DNA of 64,000 bases from Mobula hypostoma. Lineage: Eukaryota. Of this stretch, positions 23,380-37,664 are shown in pieces; positions within the stretch are counted from its first letter, which is position 1, and the number at the start of each line of letters is the position of its first letter. The stretch spans positions 172,486,001 to 172,550,000 of the forward strand of contig NC_086097.1 in assembly GCF_963921235.1 (NCBI RefSeq), written 5' to 3'. Below the pieces are notes generated by a model, which made no database searches, was not told the origin of the DNA, and worked only from the letters and a program-made list of their open reading frames with translations. Position numbers and translations under genes: made by a program.

Positions 23380-25661
23380 AAAAGTCGATACATAGAAGTC
23401 CCAAGGAAAGAGTGTGTGATACTTGATCTGCTAATAGGGAACGAGTCGGGAAGGTGACAGAAGTTTGTGTAGGGGAACACTTTGGATCTAGTAATTATAG
23501 TCCCATTAGTTTCAAAGTAAATATACAAAATGATAAATCTAATCCACAGGTTGAGATTGAGGCCAATTTTGATGGTATCAGAAAGGATCTGGCAAGTGTA
23601 GATTCAGAAAGGTTGTTTACTCACAAAAAGAATACAAAGCCTGTATGTGACTGCCATAATAAAAGGTAAAGGTAACAGGTTTAGGAAACTGTAGTTTTGA
23701 AGCACTGGTTAAGAAGGATAAAATGAGACACATAGCAGGTATAGGCAGGTAGGAACAAATGAGATGATTATGGAATATAAGAAATGCAAGAGAACATTTA
23801 AGAAAGAAATCAGGAGGGCTAAAAGAAGGCATGAGGTTGCCCTAGTAAACAAAGTGAAGGAGAATCCTAAGGGATTCTACAGCTACACTAAGAACAAAGG
23901 ATTGTAAGGGACAAAATTGATCCTCTAGAAGATCAGAATGATAACCCATGTGGAGCCACAAGATATGAAGGTGGTCTCAAACGATTTTTTTTTTGCGTCT
24001 GCATTTACTCAGGAGATGGCCACAAAGTTTATAGAAGTGAAGCAAAGTAGCATCGACTTCATGGACCCTGTACAGAAGAGGAGGAGGTGTTAGCTGTCCT
24101 GAGGGAAATTATGGTGGATAAATCCCCAGGGCCTGCAGGAGGGCAAGTAGAGGTGCCTGGGCCCTAGCAGAGATACTTGAATCATCTTTAGTGACAGGTG
24201 AGGAACCAGAGAACTGAAGGATAGGCAATGTTGTTCCCCTGTTTAAGGAAGGCTCTAAGAGTAACCCATGAAATTATATGCCGGTGAGCCTGATATCTGT
24301 AGTGGTAAGGTTATTGGAAGGTATTCTAAGGCACCGGATATGTGAGTATTTTGATAGACATGGACTGATTAAGGATAGTCAGCATGGGTTCGTGAGTGTT
24401 AGGACATGCCTAACCAATCTTATAGAGTTTTTCAAGGAAGTTTCCAGGAGAAGTGATGAAGGCAAAACAGTGCATGTTCTCTGCAAGGACTTTAGAATGA
24501 CACTTGACAAGGTCCCGCATGGGAGGTTGGCCAAGACATTTCCACAGCTCAGAATTCAATATGAGGTACTAAATTGGATTAGATATTGGCTTTGTGAGAG
24601 AAACCAGAGAGTGGCAGTGGACGGTTACCTCTCTGACTAGAGGTCTGTGACCAGTGGAATGCCGCAGGGATCAGTGCTGGGTCTGTTGTTGTTTGTCAAA
24701 TATATCAAGGATCTGGATGATAATGTGGTCAACTAGATCAGCAAATTTGCAGATGACACCAAGATTGGGGGGTGTAGTGGATAGCGAGGAAGGCTTTCAT
24801 GACTTGCAGCAGGATCTGGACCAGGTGGAAAAATGGACTGGAAAATGGCAGATGGAATTTAATGCTGACAAGTACGAGGTGTTGCACTTTGGGGGGGCTA
24901 ACCAGGGCAGGTCTTACACCGTGAACTGTAGGGCACTGGTGAGTGCAGTAGAACAAAGGGATCTGGAAATACCAGTCCGTAATTCATTGAAAGTGATGTC
25001 ACAGGTAGAGAGGGTCATGAAAAAAGCTTTTGCTCATTGGCCTTCATAAATCAAAGTATTGATACAGGAGATGGGATGCTACATTGAAGTTGTATAAGAT
25101 ATTGGTGAGGCCTAACTTGGATTATTGTGTACAGCTTTGGTCACCTACCTACAGGAAGGATGCAAATAAGGTCGAAAGAGTATAGAGAAAATTTACAAGG
25201 ATGTTGCCGGGTCTAGAGGACCTGAGTTATAATGAAAGATTAAGTAGGTTAGGATTTTATTCTTTGGAACATAGAAGATTAAGAGAAGATTTGATAGAAG
25301 TCTACAAAATTATGAGGGGTATGGATAGGGTAAATGCAAGCAGGCTTTTTCCACTGAGGTTGGGTGGGACTACAACTAGAGATCTTGTGTTAAGGGTAAA
25401 AGGTGAAAAGTTTAAAAGGGACATGAGGGGAAATGTCTTCACTCAGAGGTTCATGAGTGGAACAAGCTGCCAGCACAAGTGGTGCATGCAAGCTCAATTT
25501 CAACATTTAAGAGAAATTTGATTAGACACATGGAAGTTAGCGGTATGGAGGACAATCATCCTGGTGCAGGTCGATGGAAGTAGGCAATTTAAATGTTCGG
25601 CATGAACTAGATGGGCTGAAGGGCCAGCTTCGGTGCTGTACTTTTCTATGCCTCTATGACT
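23380..25661 (+). mobile_element. CR1 ORF2, 5'-truncated and decayed, nested in a probable LTR (about 23179-25724) within a minus-strand Rex1
   Basis: SQHGFV..RTCLTNL and FADDTKIGG motifs; (CTATGA)n tail. Confidence 0.85.
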
Positions 25662-27329
25662 ATGCTTAATCAAACACTATTTACAATATTACTGAAATAT
25701 TACTCAAATATTAAGTACACAACAGAGTGGGACTTCAGGCTTCTGTAGCTCCTGCCCAATTGTAGGTGTGTAAAGATGGCATGACCCAGATGATGGGGAT
25801 TTTAATGATGGATGCTGCCTTCCTGAGATAGCAACTCCTGTCAATCTATCAATGGTGGGGAAGGATGAACCTGTGATTTATTCGGCAGAATCCACTACAC
25901 TCTGCAGCACCTTACATTCCTACATATTTAAAGAGCTGTACCAGATCATAATGCAACCAGTCAGGATACCTTCAACAGTACTTCTGCAGAAGTTTGTTAT
26001 AGTGTTCAATGATAAGCCAAATCTTCTTAACCTCCCAAGAAAGTCAAAATCCTGGCATGCTTTCCTTATGATTGCATCTAAGTGCTGGACCCAGCACAGG
26101 TCGTCCGATATGTTAACACCCAGGAATTAAAGCTGCTGATTCCCCAATGTAGACTGGCGCATGTTCACTCTCCTTCCCCTTCCTGAAGTCAACAATCAGC
26201 TCTTCAGCTCCACAGGAGCAAAAGCAGAAAACAGCGCTGATGCAGCCGACAATGTGTTAGATAAAGAGGGAGGGAGGAGGTCAGACTGGAATGAAAGGAG
26301 GGTTCCACCAATCTCACTTAAAGGACAGAATGACAAGCATCGAAGAGCAGGACGATCCACTGCTATCAGAATTCTGAATGTTTTCCTCACTGCTTTCAGC
26401 ACAATGAACCAATCACCTCTTCACATCCTCTTCCTAGCGGTGCTATCACATTCTTAATTCTATCTCTTGTGTTATGTTACATTAGCATTTATTTTTGCAC
26501 TCGTTCCAATCGTGTTACTACACTTTGCAAAATTCCATCATTTCGTGCTTGTCACTGCTTTTAGTTCTGCATTTACCACTGCTACATACACTGTTCACTC
26601 TGAGGTTTACACAGGCAAGGAATTTCATTGCAGTCTGTTGCATAAAACAAAAAATAATCTAACATATCTCTTATAGAGAAATCGTCATAACATACAATCT
26701 GATTTGGATTTCCCACAAGTGGTTAACACTACTTTCCAACTCATTTCTTTACCTTGAAAGATAGGGAATGAAATCCAAAGGAACCTAAATTCAGCGTCAC
26801 AGATCTGCAGATTATTACGTCTGACAAAGACCACAAGACTTTAATGTGTAGGGCTAACAAGCCATGGAATCCACATCTTCAGCCACAGCTTGACAATGTC
26901 AATAGAAATGCAATTTCTGAGAAATAATCACATCATCAGAGGGAAGTTGGTGACGAGCTATGAATTTTGTCATGCTGCTGGCTGTCTGTGTGACGATGAT
27001 TAGTGTTACAGACACATAAAAAAGGAAGATAAGAGAAGGGACAAGATAAAGAAAGTCAGGGTGGCTATGCTCCCAGTTCTGTCGTGTACCTGGTGCAGCT
27101 GCCCTCAGCTGCCTGAAAGGGCTTCACAGCCATTGAGGTGCTTTGGAGCTGTATTCACAGCTGCCTTCAGGCAATAACAATGGACAGCTTGTACACAGCA
27201 AGGTCCCAAACCAGCAATGAGAGAATGAGCAACTTTAAGCAATTTTTCTCACAGAGCATGTGGCTGGAATTTAGAACATGCTGCCTGACGATGATGCTGG
27301 TGGTACATTTCCTCAATGTCTACAAAACA

Positions 27330-27990
27330 GAAGAAGTTGGCAGCGCGCATGCTCCCGTCTACATCAATGGTATCAAGACCCATAGTGGTGAGAGCTTCAA
27401 ATATCTAAATGAGAACAGCATGGCCTGGTCAACCATGTTGATGTAGCAGCCAAGAATGCTCAACAATGCTTCTAACTCCTCACAAAGCTAAAGAAATTTA
27501 GTACGTCTTCATCAAATGTTACCAGTTTTTTTATTAATGCACCATAGAAAGTATTCTGGGTAGATTCATAACAGCTTGGTATGGCAACTACTCTGCATGT
27601 GACTGCAAGAAACTGCAGAAGGTGGTAGACAAAGCTTTTATGGACTCGGTCTATACTTCTCCCTGCCTCAGTAAAGCAGCCGGCATAATCAAAGACTCTG
27701 CCAACCCCAAACATGTTCTCTTCTCCCCTTTCCTATCGGGCAGAAGATACAAAAGCCTAAACGCACGTACAAACAGGCACAAAGCAGCTTCCATCCCACT
27801 GTTATCAGACTCTTGAACGGACCGCTTGCAAGATAAGATGGATTCTTGGCCTCACAATCTATCTTGTAATGATCACGCACTTTACCCCCAACGCACCTTT
27901 TCAGAAGCTTTTGCACTTTATTCAGCATTGCTAATGCTTTACCATATTGTAGCTCAATGCACTATGTATCTTGGTACAAGTGACAATAAG
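27330..27990 (+). mobile_element. Rex1/Babar 3' fragment
   Basis: ITAWYGN and GRRYKSL motifs plus tail. Confidence 0.75.
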
Positions 27991-28921
27991 AAACCAATAT
28001 AAGGTTCCAAGAAAGTTCTCGAATCATCAAAGCACAGAGATCTATGGAGGTAATGACCTACTAGTATGATAAGTTGTACTCTTGATATCTGAACGCACTT
28101 CATTATGAGCTTGCACCTTATTGTCTACTTGTACTGCAGCTGGTACACTTTGTACTACATTGTTATTGTTTTACCCTGTTCTATCTCAATACATTTTGCA
28201 ATGATTTGATCTGTATGAACAGTATGCAAGACAGGATTTTCACTGTATCACAGTACTGGTGACAATAATAAACCAATTGCAATTTGAGTTCTAAACACTA
28301 AGGCAGTAAAATGCTATTTTTGGATGAGACTATAATGTAACATCGTATCTGACCTTTTCAGATAGGTTCTAAAAATTCCATTCCTTTATTTCAAACAGCA
28401 CAAAAAATTACGTCCAGCATTCTGGTCTATATTTATCCCTCTCCCAAAATCATCAAAACAAATCCAACAGGTTGCTACCTTGCGGCTGTTTATGGGACTT
28501 ATTGTACTTCAATTATACATCAAATTTTCTACAATACCACAGTGACTACGCTTTACAATTAGTTCAATGTTATGAGACATCCTGAAGTGCTATAGAAATG
28601 CCCTGTAGCATTCTATTCTGCATTCTGTTATAGCTTTTCCCTTGTACTACTTTAACATACTGATGTGATTAAATGATCAGTATAGATGGCATGTACACAT
28701 GGCAGTAACAGACTAACTTACCAATTTTAATACCGGTAAATGGAATTAATATTGATGAGTCCTGACAAAGGGTCTCAATCCAAGATGTCAACTGTTTATT
28801 TTTCTTCAAAGATCCTGTCTGACTTGCTGAGTTCCTCCTGTGTTTTGTGTGTGTTGCCCTGGTATAGTATAGGTGGGTGCAGGGACATGGTGGGCTGAAG
28901 GGCCACTTTCTCTGCTGTTTG

Positions 28922-29470
28922 ACAGAATCAGAATCGGGTTTATTATCACTGACATATATTGTGAAATTTGTTGTTTTGCAGCAGCAGTACAGTGCAAGAC
29001 ATAAAAATTACTATTGGTTACAAAATAAACATTGTGCAAAACAGAAATAATGAGGTTCATGGGTTCAGAAAGCTGGTGGCAGAGGGGAAAAGAAGCTATT
29101 CTTCAGATGTTAAGTGTGGGTTTGAGGCTTCTGTACTTCCTCCCTGTTGGTAGTAACACAGGAGGTCATGAGGTACCACCTCTTGAGGATGTTCTCAATG
29201 GCAGAGGGGGTTGTGCCTGTGTAGAACTGTCTGATTCTTTATCTCTCTGCAGTCTCTTTCGATCTTGCGCATTAGACCCTCCATACCAGGCTGCAATGCA
29301 ACCAGTCAGAATGCTCTTCACCGTATATCTGTAGAAATTTGCAAGAATCTTTGGTGACATATCAAGCTCCTCAGAATCCTGATGAAGTAGAACTGCTTGT
29401 GTGCCTTCTTCATTATTGCATCAATATATTTGGCCAAGGGTAGATCCCCTGAGATGCTGAAATCCAGGAA
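28922..29470 (-). mobile_element. Rex1/Babar 3' fragment
   Basis: ORF 29166-29360 (NFYRYTVKSILTGCIAAWYG) and a (TTCTGA)n tail. Confidence 0.8.
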
Positions 29471-31411
29471 CAGTGTTTATCCAGGGATCACTGTAGCCAC
29501 GGTGATGGAAATGGAATCAATAAAGATTTTCGAGAGAAAGCTGGGGATGTACAGTTTGAGGAAAGAATGTGGGAATGGGACTCATGAAACTAGTCTACCA
29601 GCAGGCCAAGTGCACTTCTTCTGTGCTATAATAATTCAGTGACTCTATCTGCATCACAAAGAACAAAACTGAAAATAAAAGAAACAATTAAATGAGTTTA
29701 TAACGTTAACCATGTAAAGCAATACCTCCAGGGTTCTTAGAAGTGAGCAATCATCTTTAATCTGGGATCCAGTCTGGTTCATTGCCTTTAATGATAATTG
29801 TTAATTTCTTTTGAATTCAGTTCTCTACAGCTATCTCCTGGATCTTTGGTTCTCGACTATATTCAGAAGATTTCATCTGCATTGATTTACATTAGTAACA
29901 CCTATGTGACATATTTTCCATTATGGCATTTGAAGAGAGCTGGTCCTGACCATCGATGCAAACACTTGGCCACAATTGTCAACCAGAATAACAAGCAGAA
30001 CAGTAAAGTCGCTCTGTTATTTAGGTAAATAGAAAGACTTGCATTCATATTGCACTTTCTACATCCATTTCACAATGTCCCATGATGCAGGATTTACATC
30101 TGAACAGTTAACTGAGGCAAGTGACAGATGTTTGGTTAAATGCCACAATCCAGATGTTTCCAGTTGTATCACTTCACTTTGTAACAGCAGCATTTTGAAG
30201 CACTGGAATTGATAGAGAGACAAAGGAAGGCTATAAAATCGGATTAAGATAAAAGGTAACTGGCAGAGAGGAATAGTAAAAACAAGCCAAAACCTCTCCC
30301 ACTTTTTTTGCTTTCTAAATGTGTTTGCCTTGCAGTTACAAACTAAACTGAACAATGCAGTTAAATTTTATCCAATCCACAACGAGTGTCCTTTTAACAA
30401 ACATTGCTGTTTGCTCATTGCTGCCAGGCATTGAAAGTTCCATGCATTCAGTCTTGTTCTTGCAACCCTTCCTGGGAAATATTAAAAATCATAACATTAA
30501 ACCTGTTTGCCCTTGTTTTTGTTTTTCCAATTTTTCTATGTCTTTTATCTCTCTCTCTCTCAAACTAGTTTTGGGATTTTCTTCTTTTTAATTCTGCACC
30601 TATTCATGTTTATACATTGAATTCACTCAATCTGTTCAAGATTCTTTTGCTACTTACTATTCAGCCCTTCAATCCAATGATGAAAGAGAAAATGGCTGCT
30701 GGCATTTCTCAAACAATCTGCTGGAGGAACTCAGCCAATTCAAGAGCATCAGTGGGGCGGAGCAAGGGATGGAATTATCGATGTTTCAGGTCAAAAGCCA
30801 GCTTTCAGAACAGGGTTTTAGTCCAGGATGTTGACAGTTCCTTTTCCCCAGCAGAAGCTACTCAGGCCACCAAATTTCCCTTTGCCAGACATTCTCATCC
30901 TCAAATACTCCAGCCACAATGGACTCTTGCTCTTCCCCCACCCCCCCACCCCCCCATCAGGCAGAAGATATAAAAGCTAAAAATACCTACCAACAGGCTC
31001 AAGGTCAACTTCTACCCCACTGTTTAAAGAGTATTGTATAGTTCTCTAGAATGGTAATTTCAAGAATGATTTCTAGAATTCTAGAATAATTTCTGGAATA
31101 TCTAGATAATTCCTCGTTCTCCATACTGATAAGAACGATTATTTCTTCAGCGGTGGACGTCAGCCAGTGAGAACAGCGAGAAGAGTTTAAAAAGAGACGG
31201 TTATTTCTTCAGCAGTTTAGTCAGGGCACGACTGCGCAAGCATGTGGACGTCAGCCAGTTAGTACAGTGGGAAGAGTTTAAAAGGAGACAGCTTTATAGA
31301 GCGGGCCTCAGCATAGAGGGAGACAGAGTAGGAAGGCTTTGGCTCAACGGGGTTTCGGAGGTAACGAGGCGAGGTGAGGTAGGTTGCCTAAGTAGAATAC
31401 AGACAGGGAGA

Positions 31412-32336
31412 ATGTGTGTGAGGCCAGTATTCTGTGCTCGGTGTCAGATGTGGGAAGTCCGGGAGATTCCCAGCCTCCCGTTCGGCCACATCTGCACCAG
31501 GTGCATCGAGCTGCAGCCCCTTTGGGAGTGTGTTAGGAAACTGGAGATGAAGCTCAATGACCTTCATCTGGTCAGGGAGAGTGAGGAGGTGATAGAGAGG
31601 AGCTATAGGCAGGTAGTCACTCCGGGGCCTAGGGAGACAAATAAGTGGGTAACAGTCAGGAGAGGGAAGGACAGAAGTCAGAAGTTAGAGAGTACCCCTG
31701 TGGCTGTACCCCTTGACAATAAGTACTCCTGCTTGAGTACTGTTGGGGGTGGAGGACAGCCTACCTGGGGGAAGCAACAGTGGCTGTGCCTCTGGCACAG
31801 GGTCTGGCCCTGTGGCTCAGAAGGGTAGGGAAAGGAAGAGGAAGACAGTAGTGATAGGGGACTCTATAGTTAGGGGGTCAGACAAGCGATTCTGTGGACA
31901 CATGAAAGAAGCACGGATGGTAGTTTGCCTCCCAGGCGACAGGGTCCAGGCTGTTTCTGATCGTGTCCACGATATCCTGAAGTGGGAAGGAGATCAGCAA
32001 GAGGTTGTGGTACATATTGGTACCAACAACATAGGCAGGAAAAGGGAGGAGATCCTGAAAGCAGACTACAGGGAGTTAGAAAGGAAGTTGAGAAGTAGGA
32101 CCACAAAGGTAATCATCTCGGGATTACTGCCTTTGCCACGTGACAGTGAGTATAGGAATAGAGTGAGGTGGAGGGTAAATGCGTGGCTGAGGGATTGGAG
32201 CAGGGGGCAGGGATTCAGATTTCTGGATCATTGGGACCTCTTTTGGTGCAGGGGACCAATATCCTGGCAGGGAGGTTTGCTAAGGCTACTAAGGACAGAT
32301 AAAACTAGGATTGCTGGAGGGCGGGAACCAAACTGA
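31412..32336 (+). pseudogene. CR1 ORF1 (CxxC zinc finger, coiled coil, SGNH esterase), frameshifted
   Basis: CARC...CTRC, VVIGDSIVRG, VCLPG, HIGTNN. Confidence 0.85.
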
Positions 32337-32439
32337 AGAGACGGAGGAAGAGGCAGTTGACTCACAAATAGAGAAAGATTGGAGACTGTGCAAGAGGGAA
32401 GATAGGCGGGTGATAGAGAAAGGACGTGCTCAGACCGAT

Positions 32440-35160
32440 GGTTTGAGATGTGTCTATTTTAATGCTAGGAGTATTATGAACAAAGCCGATGAGCTTGGAA
32501 TGCAGATCAGTACTTGGAGCTATGATGTTGTGGCCATTACAGAGGCTTGGATGGCTCAGGGACAGGAATGGTTACTTCGAGTGCTAGGCTTTAGATGTTT
32601 CAGAAAGGACAGGAAGGGAGGCAAAAGAGATGGGGGCATGGCACTGTTGATCAGAGATAATGTCACGACTGCAGAAAAGGAGGAAAATATGGAGGGACTG
32701 TCTAAAGAGTATCTGTGGGTGGAAGTTAGGAACAAGAAGGGGTCAATAACTCTACTGGGTATTTTTTATAGACCACCCAATAGTAACGGACATTGAGGAG
32801 CAGATAGGGAGACAGATTCTGGAAAGGTGTAATAATAACAGGGTTGTCGTGGTGGGAGATTTTAATTTCCTAAATATTGATTGGCATCTCCCTCGAGGGA
32901 GGGGTTTAGATGGGGTGGATTCAGGAAGGCTTTTTGACACAATATGTAGATAAGTCTACAAGATACTTGATCTGGTATTGGGAAATGAACCTGGTCACGT
33001 GTCAGATCTCTCAGTGGGAGAGCATTTTGGAGATGGTGATCACAATTCTATCTCCTTTACCATAGCATTGGAGAGGGATAGGAAAAGACAAGTTAGGAAA
33101 GCGTTTAATTGGAGTAAGGGGAAATATGAAGCTTTCAGGCAGAAACTTGGAAGCATAAATTGGGAACAAATGTTCTCAGGGAAATGTACCGAAGAAATGT
33201 GGCAAATGTTCAGGGGATATTTGCATGGAGTTCTGCATAGGTACGTTCCAATGAGACAGGGAAAGGATAGTAGGGTACAGGAACCGTGGTGTACAAAGGC
33301 TGTTGTTAATCTAGTCAAGAAGAAAAGAAGAGCTTATGAAAGGTTCAAAAAACTAGGTAATGATAGAGATCTAGAAAATTATAAAGCTAGTAGGAAGGAG
33401 CCTAAGAAAGAAATTAGGAGAGCCAGAAGGAGCCATGAGAAGGCTTTGGCGGACAGGATTAAGGAAAACCCCAAGGCATTCTAGAAGTATGTGAAGAGCA
33501 AGAGGATAATGTGTGAGAGAATAGGACCAATCAAGTGTGGCAATCGAAAAGTGTGTATGAAACTGGAGGAGATAGCAGAGGTACTTAATGAGTACTTTGC
33601 TTTAGTATTCACTACAGAAAAGGATCTTGGTGATTGTAGGGATGACTTACAGTGGACTGGAAAGCTTGAGCATGTAGATATTAAGAAAGAGAATGTGCTG
33701 GAGCTTTTGGAAAGCATCAAGTTGGATAAGTCACCGGGACCGGATGAGATGTACTCCAGGCTTCTGTGGGAGGCAAGGGAGGAGATTGCTGAGCCTCTGG
33801 CAATGATCCTTGCATCATCAATGGGGACGGAGAGGTTCGGGAGGATTGGAGGGTTGCGGATGTTGTTCCATTATTCAAGAAAGGAAGTAGCGACAGCCCA
33901 AGAATTTATCAACCAGTGAGTCTTACTTCTGTGGTCGGTAATTTGATGGAGAAGATTCTGAGAGACAGGATTTATGAACATTTGGAGAGGCATAATATGA
34001 TTAGGAATAGTCAGCATGGCTTTGTGAAAGGCAGGTCGTGCCTTATGAGCCTGATTGAATTTTTTGAGGATGTGACTAAACACATTGATGAAGGAAGAGC
34101 AGTAGATGTAGTGAATATGGATTTCAGCAAGGCATTTGACAAGGTACCCCAATCAAGGCTTATTGAGAAAGTAAGGATGCACGGGATCCAAGGGGACATT
34201 GCTTTGTGGATCCGGAAATGGCTTGCCCACAGAAGGCAAAGAGTGGTCGTAGATAGGTCATATTCTGCATGGAGGTCAGCGACCAGTGGTGTGCCTCAGG
34301 GATCTGTTCTGGGACCCCTACTCTTCGTGATTTTTCTAAATGACCTGGATGAGGAAGTGGAGGTATGGATTAGTATGTTTGCTGATGACGCAAAGTTTAG
34401 AGTTGTTGTGGATAGTGTGGAGGGCTGTTGGAGTTTACAGCGGGACATTGATAAGACACAAAACTGGGCTGAGAAGTAGCAGATGGAGTTCAACCCAGAT
34501 GAGTGTGAGGTGGTTTATTTTGGTAGGTCAAATAGGATGGCAGAGTGTAGTATTAATGGTAAGACTCTTGGCAGTGTGGAGGATCAGAGGGATCTTGGGG
34601 TCCAAGACCATAGGAGACTCAAAGCTGCTGCGCAGGTTGACTCTGTGGTTAAGAAAGCATACAGTGCATTGGCCTTCATCCATCATGGGATTGAGTTTAG
34701 GAGCCAAGAGGTAATGTTGCAGCTATATAAGACCCTGGTCAGACTCCACTTGGAGTGCTGTGCTCAGTTCTGGTCGCCTCACTACAGGAAGGGTGTGGAA
34801 ATCATAGAAAGGGTGCAAAGGAGATCTACAAGGATGTTGCCTGGATTGGGGAGCATGCCCTATGAGAATAGGTTGAGTGAACTCGGCCTTTTCTCCTTGG
34901 AGCAACGGAGGATGAGAGGTGACCTGCTAGAGGTGTATAAGATGATGAGAAGCATTAATCGTGTGGATAGTCAGAGGCTTTTCCCCAGGGCTGAAATAGC
35001 TAGCACAAGAGGGCACAGTTTTAAGGTGCTTGGAAGTAGGTACAGAGGAGATGTCAGGGGGTAAGATTTTTACGCAGAGAGTGGTGAATGCATGGAATGG
35101 GCTGCTGGTGACAGTGGTGGAGGCGGATACAATAGGGTCTTTTAAGAGACTCCTGGACAC
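32440..35160 (+). pseudogene. CR1 ORF2 (APE endonuclease and RT), multiple stops and frameshifts
   Basis: YFNARS, ITEAW, YRPPN, GDHN, SPGPD, DFSKAFDKVP, GVPQGSVLGP, FADD. Confidence 0.92.
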
Positions 35161-35408
35161 GTACATGGAGCTCAGAAAAATAGAGGGCTATAGGTAACCT
35201 TTGGTAATTTCTGAGGTAAGGATATGTTCGGCACAGCTTTGTGGGCCGAAGGGCCTGTATTGTGCTGTAGGCTTTCTATGTTTCTATGATAAGGTGGACT
35301 TGTCCACCTTGTTATGATCTTACACTTTTAATATTGTAACTGTACGTCCTCTGTAATTGTTATATATTATTTTGAATTCTGTTATTGCTTTACCTTTTTA
35401 CTACTTCA

Positions 35409-36211
35409 TGTCATGGTCCAGTCCGAAGTCCACATTCTGGTTCACGGTCCGATCCACGGACTCCGGGTCTTCCAGCTGTCCCTTGTTTTGGTTGGACTTA
35501 ACCATAAGCACCTGATGCTCATCATGGGGCTGGGAATATAAATGGCTCTGGGATTGAGTGTGGTTTCTGGGTTGTCTCATCATTCTCCCCTTGGAGCAAC
35601 CCTTGTGCAGTCATTGAGATATGGATTTGGCTGTTCCATAGCCTGCTGAGGTTACCAGCTGCCTTGGGTCTTGGAGCCACCCCAGACCTAGTTCCCTTCC
35701 TGTCCCTTGTCTCTGTCGGGTAAGCCAGGCCGTTTGCTGTTACCCTGTGGTTGGTTCCGTCCCTTCCTGTCCCATGCTTCTGTTGGGTAAGCCAGGCCAT
35801 TTGCCATTACCCTAAGGTTTGGTGTGTCCCTTCTTGTCCTTGCCTTCATGGGGTGGAGTCCCACGTCCTGCCCAGGAGTTGCCTCAAAGTACCCTTGCCC
35901 CATCGTGTCCTCGCCTGGCCTCCAAGAACCCAAGCCTCGTTGCGTCCTTGCGTGGTTTTGGGGTCTGAGCCTGAGTCAAGACCCAGGTTCTGGGTCCTTG
36001 TCCACTTTCTGGCTTGGAGTCACACGCCCATGCTCCTTGTTCCCAGTCCCTCGTCCTGGTCCTGCTTTCCTAGCCTAGTCTGTGTTCCTGTCCCTACTCC
36101 TAGTCTGTGTCCTGTCCCGTCACTTAGTTTTGTCCAGTCCTGTTCCTAGTATTTCAGTGCCTGCGTCTTGCATTTGGGTCTGTACCCAATGCGCCCCACC
36201 CCCTTATGACA
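35409..36211 (+). mobile_element. Solo LTR (803 bp) with internal short tandem repeats
   Basis: TGTCATG...TATGACA termini; 5-bp TSD cttca/cctca (one mismatch); TATATAAA near 35537. Confidence 0.8.
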
Positions 36212-36953
36212 CCTCAATACCCTATGTAATGATTTGATCTGTGTGAACAGTATGCAAGACAATCTTTTCACTATACCTTGGTAAATGTAGCAATAATAAA
36301 CCATTTCCAATTTTGCAGCACTTTATTTGTGGTCCCAGATTCCAGCATCTTGTACCTGTTGTATCTCTGTGGGCTTCTTTGAGGTTCAATACATTGTTTT
36401 CCCTCTCTCCATCTGATTACCAGTTTACATGTTCAGAAATGTTATTGGGCAACAGTATGTTGAGCTGAAGTATGCATGGCTTCTCTAACTACTCACCCTA
36501 CTTCATTTCATAGCCTTTTTCTCCCTCACGCCTTAAAAGTAGGCCTCGTTCCCCTTAATGCCAGGGCTAAAGTATTCCTCCATGTAACTTACTCTCTTAC
36601 ACATGCCTATCAAATCCTACCACAAGAAAAAGAAGCAGGAGTAGGCCAAAGCCCCTCAAACCACCCACTGATCTGCCTCTACCACCAACCATGGCAGGGT
36701 ATTCCACGCACTCACTACTGTCTGTGTAAAAACCTTACCTCTAACATCACCACCCTCCATACTTTCCTCCGATCAACTTAATGTTATGCCCTGATATTAG
36801 CCATTTCTGCCCCAGGAAACAGTCTGGCTATCCACTATCTCTACCTCGTATCATCTTGTATATCTGATCTGAGTCCTAATTCAGCTTCACAAAGTAAGGA
36901 AAAGCTGGTATAGAATGCATTCCTCATTCAGAATGTCAATGCAGTGTTTGGCA

Positions 36954-37062
36954 TCTAGCTGTCCAAATCAAAGTGAAATCATTCCTTTGGAAGCCCTGTT
37001 GCATATTTAGCACAGTAACTACTCAATATTGTATTAATTTACAACTGAAAATATTTGGATCA
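36954..37062 (+). repeat. 109-bp segment duplicated exactly at 38236-38344
   Basis: Base-by-base identity by eye from tctagctgtcc to atatttggatca. Confidence 0.95.
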
Positions 37063-37664
37063 GTCTTTTGTACTCCAGGGGGTGACTAGCTAATTGATTA
37101 ATTTATGAGAAGTACTGTAGTTAAAAGAAATTAGGGTATTTTGTCTGGAATTTCTGTGATAGATATTTACTCCTTAGCTGTTTAGTAAACTTCCTTTTTA
37201 AACACAGCAGCTGCCACTTTTAAGATCAAAACACATCTAAGTAAACTTCGCAACAATATCTCAGTGTTTAATTTCCGGTCATAAAACAGGAGGAGTCAGT
37301 CTTTAGATCCTAAAATGTACAAATGTAGATGGAGGGCAGTAATCAGCTTTAAGTTTAAAAAGACGTAGCTTTGGAAACAAGCTCCACATATAGTATACAG
37401 GCATTCTGTCTATGAGAATATGCTAGCTCACTGAACCTGCTTTATTGCTGCTCAGAAGTGCAGAAAAAGAAAAATGGGTTGCTTAATTTGGTTTGTTTCA
37501 ATCAGACAAGCTGACTAAATTGCTTAGTTCCAGGAAGCTTGCAGACCAGATGGATAATATTATTTAGCTTATCAAATAATTGATCTATTAAAGTTGAGAG
37601 ATTTATGTACACAAGGTTGTTAGTTTTACAGTATTAATTGTGGAACTGTGTCTTCATTTGGGAT

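Larger units (their letters stand above)
31134..35286 (+). mobile_element. Near full-length CR1 LINE (5'UTR, ORF1, ORF2, tail)
   Basis: Candidate TSD tgataag at 31127-31133 and 35287-35293; tandemly repeated 5'UTR units; (TTCTATG)n tail. Confidence 0.92.
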
